Source: Raja brachyura (taxonomy: Eukaryota). From it: a stretch of 64,000 bases of DNA. The notes beneath the pieces are model-generated. The model did no database searches and was not told the DNA's origin. It saw only the letters and a list, made by a program, of their open reading frames with translations. The DNA is taken from NCBI GenBank assembly GCA_963514005.1, contig OY740805.1, positions 18,104,001 to 18,168,000 on the forward strand, given 5' to 3'. Below are positions 47,341 to 59,729 of the stretch, in pieces. How positions within the stretch are numbered: position 1 is the first letter of the stretch; each line of letters starts with the position of its first letter. A program made the translations under genes and the position numbers.

Positions 47341-47976
47341 GCCACTTATTGCTAGAACCCTCGTCAGGGGAGCTGGGTCTATCACGTGACAGGGTTTTCG
47401 TGGGAGTTGGTGATGAGTTCATCGCCAGTCAACTGGTGTGCCTGATTGCAACGGCAGGAACTTTGCTCGTTCTTAAAAAACGCACGTGTGTGCAAAAACT
47501 GTATTTCTTTAAAAAACATTGATTTGTTCACAACGTTTGGATCTCCACAATATCTTGTATTTCTTTTGTTTCCCATTCCAATGTTGTTACCTATTCTGCT
47601 TTTCCATCATATTATTTTAGAATTGTAGGCTGTGCACACCTGCAAACTACTGCTGCTTGAATATACATTATCTACGGGTTCCGGTAGCATTTTCAAAGAC
47701 TTCTAATCAATTTCTCAAACAAAGTTTGAAGAAGGGTCCCAAAACGAAACGTCCCCTGTCCATGTGTAAGGATCAACTGCAAATGCTGGTTTACACTGAA
47801 GATGGACACAAATTGCTGGAATAACTCAGCTGGTCAGGCAGTATCTCTGGAGAAAAGGATGAGGTGGCATTTCGGGTCGAGACCCTTCTTCATCCTGAAG
47901 TCCTCAGACAGTGCCAATCTATTTAGCTGCACAGCTTAACAATTGATTTGTAAAGTTATGCATTCTTATTTTTCAG

Positions 47977-48084
47977 AAGGAAATAGGAGGAAAGACAGGC
48001 ACATCGGCCTTATTGCCGTGTGTGTGCTGATATTGCTGGCTATTGTCTTGGCAGTAATTGTTTGGTGGAGAAAAAAGAGGAGAG
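47977..48084 (+). CDS. MHC class I heavy chain exon 5 (connecting peptide and transmembrane)
   Basis: 108-nt exon bounded by ttttcag| and |gtaaga, phase 1/1. EGNRRKDRH-IGLIAVCVLILLAIVLAVIVWW-RKKRR is a hydrophobic span with a basic stop-transfer. Confidence 0.9.
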
Positions 48085-51000
48085 GTAAGATGGAAATGTG
48101 TGATGCACTGTTGCTAATAAAGGTATTGGGCTTGAATAAATGATTGATCTCAAGTAGAATAAGGCAGCAGCTACACCTGAAATTCCTCGAGTCACCAATG
48201 TCAACTAGCCTTTGTGCTGTTGTTAAATGTTTCAGATAATCAGATATTTGAAAATTGTGAATTCAGAGTAAAATAAAAAGGTAGACATTATGGATTAATT
48301 GCACCAAATCCTAGAGATATCATTGAAAAGTACAGCATGCAAGCAGTCCTTTTGGCCCACTGAGTCCATGCCAACCACCTGTTCTCATGAATTCTATCTC
48401 ATTGCACCTTCTCATCCAGTCACCCACCCACTAGGGGTAATTTACAGTGGCCAATTAAACTATACACTGAACCATCTTAGGATGTGTGAGGAAACCGGAG
48501 CCCCTGGAGGGATCCAATGCGGTTACACGGAGAATGTGCAAACTCCACATAGATGGCACTCAAGGTGAAAATTGAACCCGGGTCTGTGTTGCTGTGAGGC
48601 ATCAGCTCTACTAGTTGTGACACTGTGCTGCTCTGTTGGGGCTCGCACTGCTCATAATCCAAGTCAGCTACGAGGCAGATTGGTTGCAGTTTAACATTTA
48701 CTAGTTTAGTTTAGTTTAATTTAGAGAAACAGGCTCTTCGGCCCACCGAGTCTGCGCTGACCAGCAATCCCCGCACATTAACACTATCCTACACACACAC
48801 ACCAAGCCAATTAACCTACATACCTGTAAGTCTTTGGAATGTGGGAGGAAACCTTAGATCTCGTAGAAAACCCACGGGGGGGAACGTACAAACTCTGTAC
48901 AGACAGCATATGTAGTCAGGATTGAACCTGGGTCTCCGGTGCTGCAAGCACTGTAATGCTGCAACTCTACCGCTGCGCACAGTGGCCGCCTCCGTGGCCA
49001 CGGTTACAGGAAGACTCAAAATTGTGGGAATGTGAGTAGTGGTGGGAAAAATGGTTCAAGGTGGAAAGCCGATTGAATGAGCAACAACATGACAGGTGGA
49101 TTACAATGTGAAACAGGGCAGCACGGAGTCAGAGACCTGAATGAACTACCAACATCGGCTGTTATATCTGTAGACTTTGCATGTTGTTCCTGTGACCATG
49201 TGGGTTTCCCCAGGTGCTCTGGTTTCCTCCCACATCCCCAAAACATGGTTTGGTTGGTTAGTTGTCCCCTAGATTGTGCATGATACAATTTGTGGAGTGC
49301 TGATAAGAATGTGGGGCAAATGTAGGATCAGTGTACATGAATGGTTGGTGCAAACTCAATGGGACAAAGGCCATGTTGGTGTATTTCCATGCCTCTTTAT
49401 GGTGTAGAAAGATGCTGACTATTTTTGGAATATAAGACTGGGAAAGACTGCGAGGGGCAGTAACTCTGAGTAACTCAGCAGGTCAGGCAACATCCCTGGA
49501 GACCATGGATAAGTGGTATTCTGGTTCGAGAATCTTCTGGCAAATTACATTGGGTATTCCTCCGGTTAAGTCTGACCGTAGTGTGTAGATGCACCTCAAC
49601 CACTGACTTGCTCAACAAGTGCCACAATTAGTTGAATTAAAGTATGTTTGGAGTAACATGCAGCAGTCCTTAAAATCTACCATTTCCCAAATCCCAAGAG
49701 AGCCGGATGATCAAGGTTTAAGTGTAAATTCAGTCATCTATATCACTAGTTTCTTGCCTGTGATCACACTGTTGTAAGAGATATTCTGGCGATGAATTGC
49801 AGTTCACTTTCCTCCTGTGTATAGGAGTTATTCTGTTGAATATAACAAGTGGAAGGGAAAGTCAATGTAGGATTTAGAGTTTGTATGTAAGGCAGCATGG
49901 TAGTTCAGCTGGTAGAACTGCTGCCTCACAACGCCGGAGACCCAGGTTCAATCTGGACCTCGGGTACTGTCTATGTGGAGTTTGCATATTCTCCTTGTGA
50001 CGATGTGGGCTTCCTCAGGGAGCTCCGGTTTCCTCCCATATCCCAAAGATGAGCGGGGTTTGCATGTAATCATCCTCTGTAAATCAATCTGATAGTGTAG
50101 GGAGTGGATGGGAAATCTATTATGAATAGGTGATTGCTGGTGAGTATGGATTTGGTGGCACAAAGGGCCTGTTTACACACTGAATCACTGTTTTCAAGAT
50201 AGTTATATTTAGCTTTTAGGGCTAAGGGAATCAAGGGATATGGGGAAAAAGCCGGAACGGAGTACTGATTTTGGATGATTAGCCATGATTTTATTGAATG
50301 GCGGTGCTGGTTTGAAGGGCCGAATAGTCTATTCCTGCACCCATTTTTTTATGTTTCTATCTTTCTATTAAATAAACTAAATTGGAAGACAGAAGGTATT
50401 GACTGATGCATCTTCATGCCAGCTGTAAATGTCATACACTGTAAGAATTGATTGCAAATGTTATATAATATTATAAACAAAACTGGGTGATCAGAATGAC
50501 AAGATGGATGAAGAGCAGAGTTTTCATTGAAATAACAGACGTGCTGCTTTCTCGAGCACTTGGCCTTGTTTGTTTCATATTTCCTCTTCAAAATACAATG
50601 TTCCCTGGCATTGCTGGTCTGAGACACCTAGCAGCAAGTATATTTCCTGAAACGGGGGTTCTACTTTCATGGTATCAAGATGTCTACCAGTTCCAGCACC
50701 CAGATCAGAACCAAGACATTTCTCACCTTAACCTCTCGCAAAAACCAAAAATGCAGCAACAATTTAGTCATTGAACATCAACAACATGCACATTTGAATT
50801 GAGGCAATGGTTAGCTTATTATCACTGCAAACCAGTCGTGGTCATGGCTTTCCCATTGTGGTCACTATACGTGAGGGTGATTAACTAACATTTAGCAATG
50901 AAACAGAAAGGAATTGGCTTTCCAAACCCACTGAGCCATAGCGTCATTCGGCATGGAAACAGGTCCTTTGCCTCAACTTGGCCTTGCCAACCAAGATGCC

Positions 51001-52641
51001 ATGTTTAAACTAGACCGCTGTTCCTACAATTGACCCATATCTCACTGAACCTTTCCTATCTACAGTATGTACCTGTCCAAGTGTGTTCTAAATCCTTTTT
51101 TAATATCTGCCTCAACTCCTTCCCCTGGAATGTTGTTCCATATTTCCACTTCCTCTGGTTCCAAGTAACTCGTTTCCTTCTCACCTTAAACCTAAGTCCT
51201 CTGGTTCTTGATTACACAAGGCTGGTTAAAACATTCTGTGCATTAAATCTATCTATGCTCCTTGATTTTATAAACCTCCATAAGATCACCCCTCAGCCTC
51301 TTGCGTGCCAAAGAATAAAGCCCAAGCATGCCCATCCTCTCCCTGAATCTCAGGCCCTGTTAATGACATCCTTCCGATAGTGGGGTGACAACAACTTAAC
51401 ACAATACTCCATATGTGGCCTCACCAACATCTTGTACAACTGTAGCAGAACATCCCAACTGTTTTATTCAGTACCATGACATGTTATTGATGTTCACGAT
51501 TATTCTGATCTTTGTGCCTGTCCATTTTGTCTTTGTCACATTTTACTTGGTTTATGATATTGTACAAGATTTGCAATCACACCTCCCAATTGACTAAAAT
51601 TATCCCAATTAACTAAATGCCTACTATGGCATTTAACTTATTGCATTATATTCAGTGCAGGGTACAAGCTGCAGTTTTTTTTAAAGGGCAGGTTTTTATT
51701 ACACACTATGTGGTGTGTGCCTGGAAAGCACTGCCAGGGATGGTGGCGTCTGGGGTGTACCTTCGTGTGTGCATGGAGATGCAGGGGTTGGAGGGACATG
51801 AATCATTTGCAGGCAGGTACTGCCTAACTGATGTCTGTCTGACTGATCTGGAGGCATTTCAATGGGATCTGATGGTCAGGCAGGGAATACTTCCAGTGAC
51901 CCAATGGTGCTGAGTTCGCTGAATTTTACGATGCATGGGAATGCCCCTCTAATAGAGGAACAGGTCCTTTGTCCAACACCGTTTGTGCTGAACATGACGC
52001 AACCTGAGGCAGAGTGGCGCAGCTGATAGAGCTGCTGCCTCAGAGCGTCAGAGACATCAGTTCAATCCTAACCTCGGTTGTCGGCTGTGTGAAGGTTGCA
52101 TGTTTTCCCTATGACCGCATGGGTTTCCACTGTACTCCAGTCTCCACATACATACTAATGATGGCAGGGTTTATGGGTTAATTGGTTTCTGTAATTTGAC
52201 CCTAGTGTGGAAACGAAAGTTGGATAACATAGAACTTGTGTGAACGAAAGTATTTGAAGGAGTATTGAGTTTTTGATTAGTTCCGAGAGAGAGCATTGAA
52301 ACAGACACTTCGGCCCACTGAGTCCACACCAACCAACGATCACCCACATTAGCTTGGGACACAAGTCAATTAACATACAAACCTGCACGTCTGTCTTTGG
52401 AATGTGGGAGGAAACTGGAGCACCCGGAGAAAACCTATGCAGTCACATGGATAAGGTACAAATTCCGTACAGACATCACCCTGTCAGGATCAAACCCGGG
52501 TGTCTGGCGCTGTGCCATTATATCTGGAAGGTAGATGTTACATGCGATGAATCAACAGTTAAAGCGAATAAACAAGTTGCATTTTCTGAGTTCTGTTCCC
52601 TGCCATTTCTTAGTTGTGTAATATTTAATTTCCATCCTCAG

Positions 52642-52682
52642 ATGATCAAAATATTCAACCAAACCAGAACGTGCACTGCTGA
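52642..52682 (+). CDS. Candidate terminal cytoplasmic exon of the MHC class I gene
   Basis: Acceptor ttccatcctcag|. Phase-1 reading gives DDQNIQPNQNVHC*. ATTAAA (52715-52720) and AATAAA (52734-52739) follow. An alternative candidate lies at 55780. Confidence 0.3.
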
Positions 52683-53915
52683 CCAATCGCTGAGTAGTAG
52701 ATTTCATGGATGTGATTAAAATACAGGAACTGAAATAAATGGAAAGAGTTAAATTAAGTTCATCAAACATGACAGAAATTCTCAATAGACTGCCGTGGAT
52801 TTGTACAAATTAGAGCTATCTAGCAATTTATGTTGATAATAGCTGATATGACTGAGGCTTCAACTCCTTCAATGTGCTTATTCCACACAATTCCCTGTTC
52901 TTTTAGAATATATCCACGGATTATCCACCAATTCACCACCCCACCATGCCTCTTTAATACATTCATACGGTTCACTCTGTTTCTTGTCATCTCCAAGGGA
53001 CACAGAACCAGTGATTTCAGCCATTCATGGTTAGGCATATTCCAGAAATCTCTTCAGGGTGATATCCAATATTAATATATCCTTTCTTAAATCTGAGGAC
53101 CAAGCTGTGCACAGTGCTCCTGATATGTCCTTAGCAACATAATGTACCATAATTACAATAGTAACCTACCTTTGAATGCCAATATGCTAATCACCTTCTG
53201 AGTTGTGTGCTGCACCTACCTGCTGGCATTTTTTTTGCACTTTAAGCACTTGAATCTCTTGTACTCCACTAATTTGCAATCTCACTCCATTTAGATAATA
53301 GCTTCCCTTTAATTGCTCTTACCAGTGTGCGTAAGCACATATTTTCCATTATTAAACTCCATTTGCCATGTTTATGTTCATCTAACAAAGAGTCATAGAG
53401 CCATATAGCACGGAAGCAGGTACCTCTGCCTAATGCTCCAAGCTGAACAAAACGCTATATTTAGGTCACATCTGCCAGCATTTGGCCCACTTTCCTCTCA
53501 ACAGGTTCTATCCATGTACCTGTCCAAGTGTCTTTTCAATGTTGTTATTCTACCTTCTCTGGCTTCATCCAGTAACCTCTTAATAGAAAAAGTTGTCTCT
53601 CAGGTTCCTACTAAATCTTCCTCCTCACCTTAAACCCAGGGGTGCAGTGCTGCCGGAGCTGACCGGAGCACCGATCCGGCAACTCAGTTTAAAAAAAATA
53701 ATAAACAGCGTGTAATTTTAACTAGCGGATGTGTGATCGGGGTATCCTTATTAAAAGAGGGGTAAGGGGAAGAACCATCACTACTGAGGTTCCCTGTTGG
53801 AGGGGGAGCACTAGGATGCAGCAGAGTCTGGCCATGTGATGTGTGCATTGTTTGTGGTTGTGGGCCTGTTGATGAGCCTGGAACTCGGGTGGGTGGGTGA
53901 GTGGGTGTGAGGGTG

Positions 53916-53937
53916 AGTGTGTGTGTGTGTGTGTGTG
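53916..53937. repeat. (GT)n microsatellite
   Basis: Directly visible. Confidence 0.9.
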
Positions 53938-54439
53938 AAGGCCCAGAGCTGCGGGATAGTCAGGGTGTGTCGGTGTGTTGCCGGCACCTCTGTAAAAATA
54001 CATGATAACCGTATATCTCTTTACTTGCTTCATAATTATAGTTTGTGATAATCAGTGAGTGCAATCGTGCAATATTTTGTCATTATTAAATTAAGTATTA
54101 TATGTTTGAATGTACTATCTATACACTGGGATGTAGTGATAGGCTATAATCTTGTTTGACCCTCTAGGGAGACTATCTTGCCCCCCAGCAAAATCTGAAA
54201 TGACGCCGCAGTTTGATAGCTTTGACACCTAAAGAATTAGCATTGAACACTGCTTACACCTGTTTTTGCTGGTTCTTGAAACCCTACCCTGGGTAAAATA
54301 AATCCTGGTCAATCACCCTCATGATTTTAGATAGCTCTCTCAGATCACCAATTAAATGGTTTCAATTATAGATAGAGTAAGACTTTGTGGTTATTTCCAA
54401 CAAGAATTTTAGACTAAAGAAAGGCCAGTGGAAGCACTT

Positions 54440-54975
54440 GGTCAAATAGCATCTGTGGAGGCAAGTGACATATACCAACATTTCAAGTCAAGGCACTGCA
54501 TTAGATTTGAAGGAGAGGATGGCCAGATTCTAACAGGTTGAAGGAGGAATGGGACAGAGGCTGGTAAGTGGCAGGTGGGATCAGCTGGGAAGGGGATGAT
54601 GGGCAGATGGAGCAAAGTTAGTGTAGGGGTGGTTGTGGGAGAACAAATGAACACCAGTGGTATGGATAAGCTGAAATGTGAAACCTTTATATTCATACCA
54701 TTGGCTTGTAAGGTACCCAGGTGGATTATCAGACATTTTACTTGAAACTTTCAGTGCCCAAGGTTAACGACAGATGGGTCAGTGTGAGAGTGGGAAAAGG
54801 GGTTAAAATACCATACAACGTCTCAGGATTCTGTTTACTTCAAAGGGTAGGTGCTCTACAAAATGGTTGACGTCTAAGCTAGTTTCTCCAATGTAGAGAA
54901 GACCACGGTGTGAGCAGTGAATGCAGTAGGGAAATTTGAAAGAGGTGCAAGTGAACCTCTGTCTCACCTGAAAAG
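54440..54975 (-). mobile_element. Old Penelope-like 3' fragment
   Basis: Reverse complement of CAGGTGAGACAGAGGTTCACTTGCACCTC.., with a terminal-repeat remnant near 54445-54500. Confidence 0.65.
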
Positions 54976-57900
54976 TTTATTCTCCTGCGGTTCACGTCTT
55001 CTTCCTCCTCTCCTACCTGTTTCCATTTACCCATTATCCTCTCCCCACCTGGTTCTACATTTTATGCACCAGCCTCGCCCTATTCCTCCCTGCCATCCTC
55101 TTCCCTCACATGTCGGGTGCAGGTTCTTGACCCTATTTGTGATATCAACAATTTGTTCCAATTATTTTGCTTGAGCCATTAAATGCTTTCAGTCTTCTGT
55201 TTTTAGTTGGAGATTCCATTAGCTACAGTCATTATTGGATAGAATATATTTTGTTTTAACATTGCATTTAGTCTGAGACTCAGCACCAATAAATGTTGTT
55301 ACAAAATGCTTGGTTATTTGATTATGTCAAAACGTCTTGATTGTTTGTACTTTGTACATTTCTAATCTAATGCAAAGAATTTATCATCTATATGAATATA
55401 AAATTGCCCACAGTGATTGGTGGCACAGTAATCAAGTTCATTTTATGTGGCTGATTTGGAACAAGTGCTGCTCTTGTGATTTCACCTAATAATAGTTGCC
55501 TGTAGAATGTGCTTGATGAATAGACCATTGAGTACAAGATTTTTGGAAATAGATGGGCATGAAATTCAAGTAAACACATTGGATTGCACCCTGTTTTATA
55601 GTGGCTTCATGTTGCAAAGTGAAGGCAAGATATATGGAATATGCAAGATATAATATGAAAGATATAATATGCAAGGCAAATAATTAAATTGTCGTTAAGA
55701 AAATGTAATGCCTCCATTTATTTGCAACAGCATCAATCACAGTTATCTTATGTCAAAGTTGATTTTGTATTTTTTACAGAAAGAATGGGAACAAAATGAT
55801 CAAAAATGAATTGGCAGTCAACGTAATACAAGGTTGTAGTGGAAACAAGTGTGTAGAAACAGGCCACTCTGCCTACCCTGTCAACACTGCTGCATATAGT
55901 CCACATGAGCCTCTTCCCACCTTATGCGATCTGCAAAATAGTTGGCTAGTCTATGCTGGATTCTCCAATGTAGAACCGACTGTTCCTTTCTCTTTTGTGT
56001 TTGCCCAGCCTTCCCCTAAATGCAATTAATTGATCTGGATCCTCATTCTCACCAGCATTGGGTGGGAGGGGAGGAGAGGGAGCATTCTCTGTAGAATTCC
56101 CTGCTGGATTTTATGGTGGAAATGCTTTCACCAAAGTGCTTCATTTAAAACCTTTATGTATTTTAACATCACCCTTCAGCCACTTCTCAAAGGGGTGGAG
56201 GGCAGGGGGTGGAAGACTTACCCGGGGAGATTCGATGACCATGTTATGTTTATTTTATCCAAAAACGTTTTTAATATAGGTTAGTACATTTTTAGTGCAG
56301 TGCTTATCAACACAGTAGTATTCATTTTTTTGCATCTTGAGTAAACACATTGAAATGAGTTATTTCTGATTTGTCCTTGCTTTGTGAACAGCAATGTATG
56401 CATCTGTCTTATCTGCAAAAAAGGCATAGGCACCAGGGTATATTTTCCTTTTAAGTTATCATGCTCGTCAATGCAGAGGAAATGTGGCCAGGATAAATAC
56501 AAAAATGTTGAAATACAGCATATAAAATTAATAGGAATTCAGGCATTTAAGCCTCAACTATTATTCCATGTGATAAATTGTGACCCACATTTATTACCTT
56601 GATCCTTTTATTTCTCCTCATCATCTGTGATCCTTTGACCATACAAATAACATATAACTGCTTGAATAAATGTAATGATCTGTGTTCAACTGCTTCCAGT
56701 GGTATAACATTCCACACGTTCATCATTCTGTGGGAGAAGTAATCGCTCTTCATCTCAACGTTATGCCTGAGCTTCAGATTCTGACTACTGGGTTCTGAAC
56801 TGACCTGATTTCCCTCTTGAATATATGTATGGGTACATATATACACATATATGTCTGTGTACCCGTGAGTACGCGTGTATATATATGCACACTGATTTTT
56901 TTTTCTCGTTTTTCATATTGTTTACCGTGTACTATGTTTACATATTCCGTGTGCTGCTGCGAGTAAGAATGTCACTGTAATATCTGGGACAAATGACAAT
57001 AAAACACTCTTGGCTCTCTTGAATCTGTACAGACCCTTAAGAATTTTGTAGTTGTTTTAGAATGGTCCTAATCTCAGATGTAAAACTAATCGCCCATATT
57101 GTCCATCATACATTAGTCCTCCCATCCCTGAAATCTGATGACCATTCAGAACACTCCCTCCATAACCAGAACATTCTTCCTAAGAGCAGGAGACAAAAAC
57201 TGCAGATGTTGTGGTCTTGCCAAGTATATTTCTCAGAATAACATGATGTATCTTTAGAAAGGGATCAGGAGGAATCCCTTCAGTCAGAGGGTGGTGAATC
57301 ACAAATTAATTTCTTGGAGCTGTGGAAAGTGATCAATCCTTGATGGGAAGAATGGATGGGGAGGCCGTTCACGTTGCTGGAGGGTTTGAGGGCTAGATGT
57401 CACAGGGAGAGAGGACGAGGAATTTTATGCAATGTGGGTTTGGAATTTCAAATGTATGCCACGTAGATGTTGTGTAGTTGGGTCCATTATGCCCTTAATG
57501 CAATGCAAAAGATAAACAGGGTTTTCACCTAAGATGAAATGTTCTGCTAACAGCACCGAATGGTAAGCAAGTAGGCTGGCTTTGGGAAACGATTAAATGC
57601 TTGAGAAAATGCCTGGGCTCGCTTATAATAACTGGGTAATTATGGAGCAGCCTACAAGGATATTTACAGTGCAATGAAAGGATAAGATAAACTTTTCTTT
57701 CTAAGAGACATGCAAGAATAGCTCGCTGCTTGACTTAATGAAGAACCTTTGAAAGACAGTGGCTGGGCCCGCAAGATCTCCATACCAGCCGTCATAAATA
57801 GGGGTCTCCAATGGGCAGAAGAATGAGACTTGATGGTATTTGCCACTGCTTCTATCATTTAACACATTGAGCCGAAAGCTATGAGACTCGTTGCTTTTTT

Positions 57901-59729
57901 TTAATGCTTTGTCATGTAATTTGATGCAATAAAGATAATAATTTGTACCCCTGAAACTTTCTTGCTCCGTTCATTGATCCGAATCCTATTTATGTTTCAT
58001 AACAAAGAGAGAATTGGATACACTTATTGTGAGCAGAAAAATGCAAAAGTACAGTCGAAGGGCTGGGGTTGAACAAGTGACTTTCTCCAGTAGAGATGTG
58101 GCATTGGCCTGATAGGATGAATGGTCTCCATCAGCACAGTAAACATTTAAATGATCCATTGTTTTGTATTTATCATTGTATATCAAATAAACTGAGGGAT
58201 ACGGATGGAGAAATATTTTGGCCTGTTTACATGGTGCAAAAGAACCCACCCCAGAACAATAAATAGTTGTGAATTTACACTTAATATTATTTGTCACTGA
58301 AGCAGAGTGCAGAGGTTCTCAAATTAATTGAAGAAATGGTATTAAGGCGACTGTATAGAAAATGATGGGTCTTGCTTGGCAGCAAGATGTGAGCAGTATT
58401 GTAGTGGTAGTGATGAGGTGTTTTGGTGGCAATTATCATAATTTAGCATGATTAAAGTAGAAATGTGCACTAGGGACGCAGTTTCGCAGCTGAGGTGAAA
58501 ACAGCTGCAAGACTGCAACATAATTTAACAGAAATGTAATACAAAATGTAATAAAATAGGGCAAACGAATGGTAACAGTTAACAGATTTATTGCGATACT
58601 AGAAACGGCAGATCGTTGAGCAAAACCGTTGACAGTGGGTCAGGCAACATCTGTGGGATGGAATGAACCAACGACTTTTCAGGCTGGAACTCTTGTTCGG
58701 ACTGGTGACTTCAAAACGTAGTCAGTCGATTCCCACCACAGATGCTGCCTGACCCACTGAATTCTTCATGCACTTTGTTTTTAACACACCAGCTGGAAAG
58801 AGTCAAGAGAAGATTTACAAGGAGACTAATTGTCGCATTTGACGTCTCTAGAAAAGCATAGATATGCAGGGAAAGGGGTGGATATGGAACATGTGTTGGT
58901 AGAGCAGATTAGTTCAACTTGGCATCACGTTCGGAACAGAAGGTGTGGACCCAAGGGCCTGTTCCTATGCTGAACTGTTCTGCAAGTCAGCGAGTCTATG
59001 TTCAGTGAGGGTGATGTTGAGAAGGCTCTGATTTCATTCCTTAGAGTGCAAAAGGATGGGGTGATCTGAAAGAGGTTTACTAAATTATGAGATCAATCAA
59101 TCGGGTAAATGCGCATGAGTTTTTGCCCACAATATGGGACTGGAGAACTAGAGGATATTGATTTATGGTGAGAGCGGGTGAGTGTGGAGATTTAATAGGA
59201 ACCTGGGGATAATATTTTTACATAACGGGTGGTGGGTATATGGAACGAGCTGCCAGATGAGGAGGTTGAGGCAGGTACTATCATAACAATTAACAGACAA
59301 TTGGACAGGTACATGCATGGGATGGGTTTTGAGGGTTATGAGCCAAGTGTGGGGAGTTGGGACTAATATATATGGGGCATGCTGTGCCGAAAAGCCTGTT
59401 TCAACGCAGTGTGATTCGATGACTCAATCCCACTTTGGCACCTTACACATCTTACTTGGGGCAATTAACGTGTAAACCTGCACGAGTTTGGAATGTGGGT
59501 GGAAACCAGCGCCCGGAGAAAACCCACGCAGTCAGTGTGAACGTACGACCTTCACACAGACAGCATCCGTCGTCGGGATCAAACCCGGGTCTCTGACGCT
59601 GCGAGGCATCCGTTTGACTGCTGCGAAGCTGCCCTTAATTTTTGTTTGTAATTTCTGAATTAAATCAAGGATTTTGGTATAGATATGAGTTCCATGTTTA
59701 GGAAATGTGTGAATGACAGCAAAGTTGTG

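Noticed and set aside
53637-54211. Possible hAT-like element starting CAGGGGTGCA inside a CR1 remnant
   Set aside because: No convincing matching right TIR or 8-bp TSD could be established.
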